This document shows, piece after piece, positions 17,929 through 28,690 of a stretch of 47,435 bases of DNA (positions are counted from its first letter, which is position 1; every line of letters starts with the position of its first letter). A model generated the notes under the pieces. The model was not told the DNA's origin. It saw only the letters and a list, made by a program, of their open reading frames with translations, and ran no database searches. A program made the translations under genes and the position numbers. The stretch comes from Aquificota bacterium. Lineage in GTDB: Bacteria; Aquificota; Aquificia; Aquificales; QOAS01. The DNA is taken from positions 1 through 47,435 of the forward strand of contig JAADCT010000035.1 of the NCBI GenBank assembly GCA_013154305.1, read 5' to 3'.

Positions 17929-19227
17929 ATGGGTCGAATTTCCCTTCTTCCCGAGGAGGTCAGAAAGGTTTTGGCCGCCGGGGAGGTGGTCGAGCGTCCC
18001 GCGTCGGTGGTCAAGGAGCTGGTCGAAAACGCCCTCGACGCCGGTGCGGGCCGCGTTGAGGTGGAGATTGTCGGTGCGGGCAAGAGGTTGATAAAGGTCC
18101 GCGACGACGGTGAGGGTATTTTAAGGGAGGACCTGCCGAAGGTCGTTTTGGAGGGGGCCACCTCGAAGGTCTCCTCGCTGGAGGACCTCTACTCGCTCAA
18201 AACCTACGGCTTTAGGGGCGAGGCCCTCCACTCGATAGCCCGCGTTTCCGACTTTTTGGTCCGCAGTCGCCACTTTTCCCAGGAAAGGGGTGCCGAGCTC
18301 TACGCGCCGGGGGCAGAGGTCCGCTACGTGAAGGAGCTGGCCCACCCGGTGGGCACCACCGTCGAGGTCCGAAACCTCTTTTTCAACCTGCCGGCGAGGC
18401 TGCGGTTTTTAAAGTCGCCGAGGACGGAAAGAAGACTCGTTTTCGAAACGGTGGCGGCCTACGCGCTGGCCCATCCGGAGCGTTCCTTTCGCCTCGAGGC
18501 CGAAGGGCGCGAGCTCTTTGACCTGAAACCCTCCTCGGTTGAGGAGAGGATGGCGGCGCTCTTTGACCTCGACTATCCGCCGGAGCATCGGGCGGCCGAG
18601 GGCGACGAGGGAAGGGCCGAGCTTTACTACTACCAAAACTACAAAAGCAACCGGTTTTTAATCTTTTTAAACGGGCGGCCGATAAAAAATCGGGAGCTTC
18701 AGACCTACCTCAAAAACCGTTTGGGTTACCGCGCCCTGGCGGTCCTCTTTTTGGAACTTCCGCCCCATCTGGTGGACTGGAACGTTCACCCCCGGAAGGA
18801 GGAGGTCCGCTTTTTGAAAGAGAGAAAGGTCCTCGGGCTGGTCGGCGCGCTCTTTGGCCGACCGAGGGTCGAGGACCCCCTTTCCTCCCTTTTGAGGAGA
18901 CCGACGGTCGTTTCCTACGGGAGCGGGTTGAAGTTTGAGGTGCTGGGCCAGGTGGAGGAAACGCTGATTTTGGCCTACCGCGACGGGTTTCTCTACTTTT
19001 TCGACCAACACCTTTTGGACGAGAGCGTTCGTTTCGCTCAAAGCGGCGACGCCGCTTCGGCCTGCCGCCGGGCTCTGAAGGCGGGCCGCGAACTGTCGAG
19101 GGAGGAAATGGAGGAGCTCGTCAGGCGCTGGTGCGAGGCGGGGGAGCCCCGGACCTGCCCCCACGGGCGGCCCGTCTTTTACAAGCTCCCCCTTTCGGAG
19201 GTCTACGCCAAGATAGACCGTCAGTAG
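17929..19227 (+). CDS. mutL: DNA mismatch repair protein MutL (short Aquifex-type)
   Basis: AGEVVERPASVVKELVENALDA, GFRGEAL, DQH, ACR and CPHGRP motifs; 432 aa. Confidence 0.95.
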   Translation: MGRISLLPEEVRKVLAAGEVVERPASVVKELVENALDAGAGRVEVEIVGAGKRLIKVRDDGEGILREDLPKVVLEGATSKVSSLEDLYSLKTYGFRGEALHSIARVSDFLVRSRHFSQERGAELYAPGAEVRYVKELAHPVGTTVEVRNLFFNLPARLRFLKSPRTERRLVFETVAAYALAHPERSFRLEAEGRELFDLKPSSVEERMAALFDLDYPPEHRAAEGDEGRAELYYYQNYKSNRFLIFLNGRPIKNRELQTYLKNRLGYRALAVLFLELPPHLVDWNVHPRKEEVRFLKERKVLGLVGALFGRPRVEDPLSSLLRRPTVVSYGSGLKFEVLGQVEETLILAYRDGFLYFFDQHLLDESVRFAQSGDAASACRRALKAGRELSREEMEELVRRWCEAGEPRTCPHGRPVFYKLPLSEVYAKIDRQ

Positions 19228-19982
19228 ATGAGGGCGCTGAGAAAGTAGTCGACTATCAGTATCAGCATCGAGGAGGTTACGACCGAGGCGGTGGTGGCCC
19301 TTCCGACGCCCTCGGCGCCCCCGCGGGTGGCAAAGCCGAAGTAGCAGCTGACGGCCGCTATGATGAGACCGAAGACGGCCGCCTTTATCAGGCCCCCCAG
19401 AAAGTCGTAAAACTCGACGATGTCCCGCATCTTCTGCCAAAAGAGGTATTCGTTGACGCCAAAGAGCTTTACGGCGACGAACCAACCGCCGAAGATGCCG
19501 ACCACGTCGGCCACAATAGTCAGCAGGGGAAGCGAAACGACGGCGGCGAAAATCCGCGGGCTCACCAGGTAGCGGACGGGATTGACGGCCAAAACGCGCA
19601 GGGCGTCGATTTGCTCCGTTATTTTCATCGTTCCGATTTGGGCCGTCATCGCCGAGCCGACCCGCGCCACCACCATCAGGGCCGTCAGGACGGGGCCCAG
19701 TTCCCTCGCCATCGAGATGGCCACGACCGCCCCCAGCAGGTATTCGGCGCTGAAGCGGTGGAAGGTCGAATAGGTTTCCACCACTATGACGCCGCCGGAA
19801 AAGAAGGAGGTGACCAGGACGACGGGCAGGGTTTCGGCGCCGACGTAAGAGAGCTGTTTTATCAGGTGTTCGGCCTTCGGCGGTTTTCGGAGGAGAAACC
19901 AAATCGCCCGCAGGGTAAGAAGGGTCGCCTCCCCCACGGCGGTAAAGAAGCGAACGAGTCTTTCCCTAAAGGCGGACAACAT
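19221..19982 (-). CDS. mlaE: MlaE-family ABC transporter permease
   Basis: RELGPVLTAL, IGTMKITEQIDAL and GGAEGVGRATT motifs. Confidence 0.92.
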   Translation of the reverse strand: MLSAFRERLVRFFTAVGEATLLTLRAIWFLLRKPPKAEHLIKQLSYVGAETLPVVLVTSFFSGGVIVVETYSTFHRFSAEYLLGAVVAISMARELGPVLTALMVVARVGSAMTAQIGTMKITEQIDALRVLAVNPVRYLVSPRIFAAVVSLPLLTIVADVVGIFGGWFVAVKLFGVNEYLFWQKMRDIVEFYDFLGGLIKAAVFGLIIAAVSCYFGFATRGGAEGVGRATTASVVTSSMLILIVDYFLSALIY

Positions 19983-20072
19983 CAAAAAATAGTTTCTCCC
20001 CGCCGACGGAAAGGGCGGGAAAAAGGACCGCGGGCGTAAAAGTTTTAAAAAAGACCGCCGAAGGAGGGAGGT

Positions 20073-21182
20073 TCAGTCCCCCCCTTCGGGGGAAACGACG
20101 ACCCTTATCGGCAGGCCGTACTTTCGGGCAAACTCGTAGTCCCTCTCGTCGTGGGCGGGAACGGCCATTATGGCGCCCGTTCCGTATTCGGCCAAAACGT
20201 AGTTGGCGGTCCAAATCGGTATCAGGTCCCCCGTCAGGGGGTGGATGGCGTACCTGCCCGTAAAGACGCCTTCCTTTTCTTTGACCCTGCGGCGTTCCTC
20301 GACCGGCGTCTTCTTTATCCTCTCGAGAAACTCCTTTACCTTCTCCTCCTGCGGGGTTCCCTCGGCGAGTTTTTCCGTCAGGGGGTGTTCGGGCGCCAGG
20401 ACGAGGAAGGTGACGCCAAAGAGCGTGTCGGGACGGGTGGTAAAGACGACGATTTCGTCGCCGGTATCTTCGACCTTAAAAACTATTTCGGCGCCCTCGG
20501 AGCGCCCAATCCAATTCCTCTGCTGGGCGATGACCCTCTCGGGCCACTTGCCTTCGAGCTTTTTCAGGTCCTCCAAAAGTCGGTCGGCGTAGGCGGTAAT
20601 CTTCAGATACCAGGAGGGGATTTCCCTTTGGACCACCTCGCTGTCGCAGCGCCAGCAGCGGCCCTCTATCACCTGTTCGTTGGCCAAAACGGTTTCGCAG
20701 GAGGGGCACCAGTTTACTACGGCGCTCTTTCGGTAGGCGATGCCCCTTTCGAGCATCTTTAGAAATATCCACTGGTTCCACTTGTAGTATTCGGGGTCGC
20801 AGGTGGCTATCTCGCGGTCCCAGTCGTAGGACAGGCCGAGCCGCTTTAGCTGGCGGCGCATGTTTTCGATGTTCTTTTCGGTCCACTCGGCGGGGTGGAT
20901 TTTGTGCTTTATCGCCGCATTTTCGGCCGGCAGGCCGAAGGCGTCCCAACCCATCGGGTGGAGGACGTTTTTGCCCTTCATTCGGAGGTATCGGGCAATC
21001 GCGTCGCCTATGGTGTAGTTTCTAACGTGACCCATGTGGATGTTTCCCGAAGGGTAGGGAAACATTTCGAGGACGTACTGCTTCGCGTCCCGCGGCCGGT
21101 CCTCGGAGGCCTTAAAGGCCTTTTCCTCCTCCCATATTCGTTGCCACTTCTTTTCCACCTTTCGGGGGTCGTAGCGCTCCAT
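20073..21182 (-). CDS. leuS: Leucyl-tRNA synthetase N-terminal fragment (369 aa; split subunit or truncated)
   Basis: MFPYPSG-HMGH, Zn domain CPSC/CWRC, CP1 TTRPDT and [15 protein letters not shown]; stops before the end of CP1, with no KMSKS. Confidence 0.92.
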   Translation of the reverse strand: MERYDPRKVEKKWQRIWEEEKAFKASEDRPRDAKQYVLEMFPYPSGNIHMGHVRNYTIGDAIARYLRMKGKNVLHPMGWDAFGLPAENAAIKHKIHPAEWTEKNIENMRRQLKRLGLSYDWDREIATCDPEYYKWNQWIFLKMLERGIAYRKSAVVNWCPSCETVLANEQVIEGRCWRCDSEVVQREIPSWYLKITAYADRLLEDLKKLEGKWPERVIAQQRNWIGRSEGAEIVFKVEDTGDEIVVFTTRPDTLFGVTFLVLAPEHPLTEKLAEGTPQEEKVKEFLERIKKTPVEERRRVKEKEGVFTGRYAIHPLTGDLIPIWTANYVLAEYGTGAIMAVPAHDERDYEFARKYGLPIRVVVSPEGGD

Positions 21183-21221
21183 CGCAAGGGTAATATTTTG
21201 GCACCGCCGCCCCGCGGCCCC

Positions 21222-22076
21222 TCAGAGCTCCAGCCTCCAGTTGTCTATCAGCCTCGCCGACGGCATCCTAACGGCCACCAGTATGCGCTCGCCGCCCTTA
21301 ATCTCCCGGGCCGGCTCCAGCGTTTCGGGGTCGACCACCGCAACGTAGTCGACCTTTTCTATCAGCGGGAAGGACTTTAGAAACTCCAGCAGGCGCCTTT
21401 CCAGCTCCCGCGGGTCGCGCAGGCCCTCCTCGACCAGCCTTTGGGCCAGCTGAAAGCTCCGGTAGAGGGCCGTCGCCTGCCTTCTCTCCTCGGGGGAGAG
21501 GTAGGCGTTTCGCGAGCTCATGGCCAGACCGTCGGGCTCGCGCACGGTGGGGCAGGGAACGACTTGAGTCTCCAAGTCGAGGTCGCGGACCATCCTTTCG
21601 ACCACCTTCAGCTGTTGGTAGTCCTTTTCCCCGAAGTAGGCCCGGTCGGGTCTGACCAGGTTGAGGAGTTTGGTCACCACCGTGCAAACGCCCCTAAAGT
21701 GGCCGGGCCGAAATTCCCCCTCCCACCTTTTGGACAGTTCGGTCTCCTCGACGAAGGTGGAAAAGTTTTTCGGATACATCTCCTCCGCCGAAGGGGCGAA
21801 GACGGCGTCGACGCCCTCCCTTTCGAGGAGCCGAAGGTCCCTTTCGAGGTCCCTCGGATAGCGCTCGAAGTCCTCGCCGGGACCGAACTGGGTCGGATTT
21901 ACGAATATCGAAACCACCACCAGGTCGTTTTCCCCCCTCGCCCTCCTTACGAGGGAAAGGTGCCCCTCGTGCAGGTATCCCATCGTGGGAACGAAACCGA
22001 CCGTCTTTCCCCCCTTTCTGGCCTCCCTCAGGAAAGAGCGCAGCTCCTCTTTTGTCCTAAAAAGCCTTACCGCCAT
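21222..22076 (-). CDS. panC: Pantoate-beta-alanine ligase
   Basis: [35 protein letters not shown] and RLIDN motifs. Confidence 0.96.
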   Translation of the reverse strand: MAVRLFRTKEELRSFLREARKGGKTVGFVPTMGYLHEGHLSLVRRARGENDLVVVSIFVNPTQFGPGEDFERYPRDLERDLRLLEREGVDAVFAPSAEEMYPKNFSTFVEETELSKRWEGEFRPGHFRGVCTVVTKLLNLVRPDRAYFGEKDYQQLKVVERMVRDLDLETQVVPCPTVREPDGLAMSSRNAYLSPEERRQATALYRSFQLAQRLVEEGLRDPRELERRLLEFLKSFPLIEKVDYVAVVDPETLEPAREIKGGERILVAVRMPSARLIDNWRLEL

Positions 22077-22104
22077 CGGTAGAAAGAATTAGTTTGTTAA
22101 GACT

Positions 22105-22125
22105 CCCGCCGCCTCCGGCGACGGG
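22105..22125 (-). terminator. GC-rich hairpin after the AEC transporter gene (weak terminator candidate)
   Basis: Minus strand CCCGTCGCC-GGA-GGCGGCGGG (one G-U pair); poor U tract. Confidence 0.35.
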
Positions 22126-22130
22126 CTTTA

Positions 22131-23027
22131 TTAACCAAAAAGAACTTCGGAAACTTTTAGCCAAAGGGGCACCGTCAGCGGTAGCAGCAAGAGACCCAGG
22201 TTTGCCGCCGCCAGGGAGAGGTCGGGGTTCAGCCGATACTTTTCGCTCAAAATTACGGCCATGACAAAGGGCGGCATCGAGCTCTGAAGCAGGGCGACGG
22301 CGGCCGCCTCGTGGGAGAGCCTCAGCGGCTCCTTCAAAAGGAGCAAAAGGAGCAAAACCAAAAGGGGCGAAACCAGCTGGCGCCAGAGGACGGCCAAGAG
22401 GGCGAGGGGGAGGTTTTTGAGGGCCGCCCGCGGCTCAAACCGCAGGCCGAGGGCAAAGACGACGGTCGGAACGAGCGAGGCCTTGGCGGCGGCAAAAAAC
22501 CCCTTCAGGGGCTCCAGCGACGCCCCCTTGAGGGCGAAGGCGGCCAAAAGGGCGCCGGCGGGCGGAAAGCGGTAAAAGAGCCGCCAGTCGGGCCTTTGGC
22601 CGATAAGGGCCACGGCCAGGGTAACCACCAAAAGGAAGTTTCCGACAACATCGTAGACTATCGCGTAGGCCAGTCCCTCCTCGCCAAAGAGCGAGTAGGC
22701 TATCGGGTAGCCGGCGAAGGCGGTGTTTCCGAAGGTGGCGCTCAGAAAGAGGGACTTGAGGCTCGCGCGGTCGGCCACCAGCTTGGAAAAGAGGAAAAAG
22801 GAAACGAGGGTCGAAACGGCGGCCGAGGTCCAGGCGACGGCCACGACGGCGGCCAAGTCGGCCGAAAGCTCCAAATCCTTAAAGACGGCAAAGACCGTCA
22901 GCGGAAGGGCGAAGTAGACGACGAAGTTGACGAAGACGGCGGTGTCCTCCGTCTTGAAGACGCCGAGCCGCTTCAGCAGGTAACCCGACCCCAGCAGGAG
23001 GTAAAAGGTCAGGAGGGTTTCGACCAT
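22131..23027 (-). CDS. AEC (auxin efflux carrier/malate permease) family transporter
   Basis: FVVYFALP, FGNTAFAGYP and QSSMPP motifs; about 10 TM segments. Confidence 0.88.
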   Translation of the reverse strand: MVETLLTFYLLLGSGYLLKRLGVFKTEDTAVFVNFVVYFALPLTVFAVFKDLELSADLAAVVAVAWTSAAVSTLVSFFLFSKLVADRASLKSLFLSATFGNTAFAGYPIAYSLFGEEGLAYAIVYDVVGNFLLVVTLAVALIGQRPDWRLFYRFPPAGALLAAFALKGASLEPLKGFFAAAKASLVPTVVFALGLRFEPRAALKNLPLALLAVLWRQLVSPLLVLLLLLLLKEPLRLSHEAAAVALLQSSMPPFVMAVILSEKYRLNPDLSLAAANLGLLLLPLTVPLWLKVSEVLFG

Positions 23028-23053
23028 CGGAGGTTTTCAAAAATTTAACACCT

Positions 23054-24741
<1,688 letters not shown>

Positions 24742-24743
24742 TC

Positions 24744-25520
24744 ATGGAAAACTTAGGCCGAGCGTGGCGCCGCCTCCTCGAGCGGCGCGAAACGGCCGGC
24801 CTCCTGGTCGGCGTTTTGACTTTGGCCGCCGCCGTCTTGCCCCCGCCCCTCTTTGCCGCCGCTTTGACCCTCTTTGCCTACGGCCTCGGTTGGGAGCTGG
24901 GGCGGATAACCGGCCGTTCCTTTTTGGCACCCGTTTCCGCCCTGACGCTCTTTGCCGCCCTCCTTTCGCCCTTTTTCGGACTGCTGACGGCCCTTTCGGC
25001 CGCCCTGGCCGCCGGCTACGCCTCGGTCCGGCGAAAGGGCTACTACGGAAACGAAACCCTTTTGACCTTTTTATTGACCCTCTTGACCGGCGTTTACGCC
25101 GGGCTGGTCCCTTACGCCCTCTTTGAGGTAAAACTCGAGGGTTCTAACCTCCTCCTCGCCCTGATTTTTACGGTCTGGGCCGCCGACACGGCCGCCTACT
25201 ACGCCGGCAAAAACTTCGGTCGGAGAAAACTCGTTCCCCTCCTCTCGCCGGGAAAAACCTGGGAGGGCCTGCTGGCGGGCCTGTTGGCCGGAACCCTCGT
25301 CGGGACCCTGTCGTCCGCCCTCCTCCAAACGGGCCTTTCAAGTCCGCCGATTTGGCTCTTTGCCGCCGCCGCGGCCGCCGCCGGCGACCTCTTTGAAAGC
25401 TTCCTAAAGCGCTCTTTCGGCAAAAAGGACAGCTCCGACCTCCTCGGAAGCCACGGCGGCCTGCTCGACCGCTTTGACGGCCTCCTCTTTGCGGCCCTCG
25501 CCGTCGCCTCCTTCGTTTAA
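24744..25520 (+). CDS. cdsA: Phosphatidate cytidylyltransferase
   Basis: DTAAY, SPGKTWEG and GDLFESFLKR...KDS...HGGLLDRFD motifs. Confidence 0.93.
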   Translation: MENLGRAWRRLLERRETAGLLVGVLTLAAAVLPPPLFAAALTLFAYGLGWELGRITGRSFLAPVSALTLFAALLSPFFGLLTALSAALAAGYASVRRKGYYGNETLLTFLLTLLTGVYAGLVPYALFEVKLEGSNLLLALIFTVWAADTAAYYAGKNFGRRKLVPLLSPGKTWEGLLAGLLAGTLVGTLSSALLQTGLSSPPIWLFAAAAAAAGDLFESFLKRSFGKKDSSDLLGSHGGLLDRFDGLLFAALAVASFV

Positions 25521-25548
25521 AAAAAAAGCCCGCGCCTTTCGGCGCGGG
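25519..25548 (-). terminator. Intrinsic terminator between convergent cdsA and hisIE
   Basis: Perfect 8-bp stem CCCGCGCC/GGCGCGGG next to a 9-nt A run (U tract on the minus strand). Confidence 0.75.
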
Positions 25549-25554
25549 AAGTCC

Positions 25555-26211
25555 CTAGCCCTCCTTTTTCGGGCGGCGGCCAAAGCGCGAGGCCAGCTCC
25601 TCCAAAACCTCCGTCAGGTCCACGCCCAGATAAGTCAGCGCCAAAAGCCAATGGTAAAGGAGGTCGGCGCTCTCGTAGACGATTTTTTCCTTGTCGCGGT
25701 TCATCAGCGCTATCAGCGTTTCGACCGCCTCCTCCCCCGCCTTTTGGACTATGCGGTCGAAACCCGCCTTTACGAGCTCGGTGGTGTAGGAACCCTCCGG
25801 CAACCGCTCCAGCCGGTCCCTCAGGACCTCCTGGAGGCGGGCCAGGACCTCAAACGGCAAAGGTTTGTCGAGGGCGTAGCTTCCGTCGAGGTTTCGGTAA
25901 AAGCAGTTTCTCTCCCCCGTGTGGCAGGCGCGATTTTTCTCCTGCTCTATCAGGTAGAGGACCGCGTCCCCGTCGCAGTCGACGCGAACCTCCCTGACCC
26001 TTTGGAGTTCCCCGCTCGTTTCGCCCTTTTTCCAGAGCCTTTTTCGCGAGCGCGAGTAGTAGTGGGCGTAGCCGGTTTCGAGGGTCTTTTCTATCGCCTC
26101 GCGGTTGGCGTAGGCGAGCATTCGGACCTCGCCCGTTCGGTAGTCCTGAACCACCACCGGGACGAGGCCCCGCTCGTCGAACCTAATCAGGTCCAAAATC
26201 CCCTTTTCCAT
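25555..26211 (-). CDS. hisIE: Bifunctional PRAMP cyclohydrolase/PRATP pyrophosphatase
   Basis: YSRSR...[31 protein letters not shown] and ESADLLYH motifs. Confidence 0.95.
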   Translation of the reverse strand: MEKGILDLIRFDERGLVPVVVQDYRTGEVRMLAYANREAIEKTLETGYAHYYSRSRKRLWKKGETSGELQRVREVRVDCDGDAVLYLIEQEKNRACHTGERNCFYRNLDGSYALDKPLPFEVLARLQEVLRDRLERLPEGSYTTELVKAGFDRIVQKAGEEAVETLIALMNRDKEKIVYESADLLYHWLLALTYLGVDLTEVLEELASRFGRRPKKEG

Positions 26212-26220
26212 AACGCGGAA

Positions 26221-27477
26221 TTAATTTTCCACCGCCCCCGAGGGAGTTTTCGCGGCCTTTTTCCCCATCAGGCGGTCGATAATCTTGGCCCCCACCAGGT
26301 CACCCCAAACGTTAACCGCCGTCCTCAGCATGTCCAGAAAGCGGTCGACCGCCAAAATGAGGGCGATACCCTCCAGCGGCAGACCGACGGCCGTAAAGAC
26401 CAGCGTCATCGTAACCAGTCCGGCGCTGGGAATGCCCGCCGCGCCGATGGCCGCCAGCGTCGCCGTTATCAAAATAATCAGCTGCTGCTCCAGCGAAAGC
26501 TCGATGCCGTAGACCGACGCGACGAACATCGCCGCAACCGCCTCGTAGAGGGCCGTTCCGTCCATGTTAACGGTGGCCCCGAGGGGCAAGACGAAACCGG
26601 CCACCCGGCGGTCGATGCCCGCCTTCTTTTGGGCCACCTCCAGCGAAACGGGCAAGGTGGCCGAGGAGGAGGCCGTCGAAAAGGCCACCAAAACGGCCTC
26701 CCTCACTTTGGCAAAGTACTCCCAAGGTCTGAAGCGCCCAAACAGGTACCCGATGAGGCCGAGGTTGACCGTCGCGTGCCAAAGCAGACCCACGACGACC
26801 GCCAGCGCGTACTTCCAAAGCTCCAAAAAGGCCTCAAAGCCGTGGACGGCCACGGTGTAGTAGACGATGGCAAAGACGCCAACCGGCGTCAGCTTAATAA
26901 TCCAGCCGGCCATCTTCAAAAGGGCGTCGTTGACGCCCGAAAAGAAGCTGACGACCGTCCCTTTGGCCCTTTCGTTGGCAATCGCCAAAACCCCGAGGGC
27001 AAAAAGGAGCGTAAAGACGATGATTTGAATAACCTTTCCCTCCGCCAGCGCGGCGAAAACGTTGTCGGGAAAGAAGCTTACGAAAAAGTCCGAGAGGGAA
27101 ACCTCTTTGGGCTCAAAGTCGGCCGCCGGTTTGGCCTCCAGCTCCGGCGCGCCCGTCAGCCCGAAAAAGAGGTTTACGACCACCAAACCGGTCAGGACGG
27201 CCAAAAAGGTGGTTGAAGCGTAGTAAAGGAGCGCCTTCAGTCCCAGCTCCTTTAGCTCCCTCAAAGAACCCAGGGAAACGATGCTGACGAAAATCGAGGC
27301 CATTACCAGCGGAACCGCTATCGCCTTTAGGAGTCTCAAAAAGGCGTCTCCTATCGGCTTTAGGAATTCGGCCGCCTGCGGCGCCAGCGCGCCCAAAAGC
27401 AGGGCCGCCACCACCGCGTAGAGGGTTTGATTTTCGAGCTTTCGGTAGTCCAAAAGGCCCTTCAGAAGGGAAACCAT
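26221..27477 (-). CDS. Dicarboxylate/amino acid:cation symporter (GltP/DAACS family)
   Basis: AFSTASSSATLP, GATVNMDGT and DRFLDMLRTAVNVWGD motifs; start reassigned to ATG 27477. Confidence 0.93.
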   Translation of the reverse strand: MVSLLKGLLDYRKLENQTLYAVVAALLLGALAPQAAEFLKPIGDAFLRLLKAIAVPLVMASIFVSIVSLGSLRELKELGLKALLYYASTTFLAVLTGLVVVNLFFGLTGAPELEAKPAADFEPKEVSLSDFFVSFFPDNVFAALAEGKVIQIIVFTLLFALGVLAIANERAKGTVVSFFSGVNDALLKMAGWIIKLTPVGVFAIVYYTVAVHGFEAFLELWKYALAVVVGLLWHATVNLGLIGYLFGRFRPWEYFAKVREAVLVAFSTASSSATLPVSLEVAQKKAGIDRRVAGFVLPLGATVNMDGTALYEAVAAMFVASVYGIELSLEQQLIILITATLAAIGAAGIPSAGLVTMTLVFTAVGLPLEGIALILAVDRFLDMLRTAVNVWGDLVGAKIIDRLMGKKAAKTPSGAVEN

Positions 27478-27517
27478 AGCGGAGCGATATTTTAAAATTG
27501 GTAAACGCCGGCAAAAG

Positions 27518-28291
27518 ATGTTCAGGTTCGTCCTGCACCTCAAACCGGAGGACCTCCTAAAGGCCTACGAGACCTACCCCGGGGGGTTTGAGGTCGTCCG
27601 AACCTACCCCGACGGGTCGCTCGACATAGCCGTCTACTCCGAAGAGAGGCCCCAAAGTTTCCCCTTCCCCCTCGTGGCCGAGGAGGAGGTAAGGACCAAG
27701 GACTGGAGGGAGTTTTACAAACCCGTCGAGGTCGGAAGGGAGACTTTGATAGTTCCGCCGTGGGAAACCCGCCGACCCGAGGACAAAACCGTCGTGGTGA
27801 TAAAACCGGGAAAGGCCTTCGGAACGGGCCTCCACGAGAGCACCCAGCTGTGCCTGGAGCTGATGGAGGAGCTCGACCTTAAGGAAAAGACGGTCCTCGA
27901 CGTCGGTTCCGGGAGCGGAATACTCTCGATTTTTGCCCTCAAAAGGGGCGCAAAAAAGGCGGTGGCCGTCGACGTGGACCCCCTGGCGGTCGAGGAGACG
28001 CTCGAAAACGCGGTCCTAAACGGCGTTGCCGACCGCATCGAGGTCCTTCAGGGAGGACCCTCGGCGGTCAAGGGAATTTTCGACCTCGTTTTGGCCAACC
28101 TCGAGCTCAAAATCTTCAAAAGGTTTTTGGACCAAATAGCTCCCAAGGTGGGGAAAGAGGCCGTCTTTTCCGGCCTCTACGGTGAGAGGGAGCTGGAGGA
28201 TATGCTCCGCCTTTTGGAAAGGTTTAACCTTGAGCCCCTAAAGGTGGCCTCCAAAAACGACTGGCACGCCCTTTTAGTCCGAAGGGGGTAA
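27518..28291 (+). CDS. prmA: Ribosomal protein L11 methyltransferase
   Basis: DW...KPV, PGKAFGTGLHEST and LDVGSGSGILSI motifs. Confidence 0.92.
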   Translation: MFRFVLHLKPEDLLKAYETYPGGFEVVRTYPDGSLDIAVYSEERPQSFPFPLVAEEEVRTKDWREFYKPVEVGRETLIVPPWETRRPEDKTVVVIKPGKAFGTGLHESTQLCLELMEELDLKEKTVLDVGSGSGILSIFALKRGAKKAVAVDVDPLAVEETLENAVLNGVADRIEVLQGGPSAVKGIFDLVLANLELKIFKRFLDQIAPKVGKEAVFSGLYGERELEDMLRLLERFNLEPLKVASKNDWHALLVRRG

Positions 28292-28295
28292 AGGT

Positions 28296-28649
28296 ATGCC
28301 GTGGCGCGTTCGCGTTCGAAAGAAGTTTGAGGCGGCCCACTACCTCACCGACTATCCCGAGAGGGGACAAAGGGAGCCCCTTCACGGCCACAGCTGGACG
28401 GTGGAGGCCGTCTTTCGGGTCGAAAGGCTCAAACCTTCGGGAATAGACCTCGACTTCGTCGAGGTGGAAAGGTTCCTGGACGAGGTCCTGCCCCACTACA
28501 GGCTCCTGAACGAGGTTTACGACTTTTCCCCCAGCGCGGAAAACCTCGCCCGCCACCTCTACGGGGAACTCAAGAGGCGCTTTCCCCAGCTGGAGAGGGT
28601 GATAGTCTGGGAGACCGAAAACGGCGGCGCCGAATATTGGGAGGACTGA
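28296..28649 (+). CDS. 6-pyruvoyl-tetrahydropterin synthase/QueD family protein with PTPS-III-type motif
   Basis: FEAAH, EPLHGHSW, PSAENLA and VWETE motifs; no Cys in the protein. Confidence 0.88.
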   Translation: MPWRVRVRKKFEAAHYLTDYPERGQREPLHGHSWTVEAVFRVERLKPSGIDLDFVEVERFLDEVLPHYRLLNEVYDFSPSAENLARHLYGELKRRFPQLERVIVWETENGGAEYWED

Positions 28650-28690
28650 TGCTGGTATAACCCTATTTAGAAGACCCTTCGGAGGACGAA

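Noticed and set aside
19983-20084. TGA readthrough or G7-run frameshift extending leuS (the stop is in frame with mlaE through an open 29-codon spacer)
   Set aside because: Spacer translations are not LeuRS-like and are far too short; in-frame status has a one-in-three chance; no convincing SECIS; a LeuRS-MlaE fusion is implausible
25474-27216. 580-aa plus-strand ORF
   Set aside because: Antisense shadow of hisIE and the DAACS symporter; no motifs; expected from GC-rich codon bias
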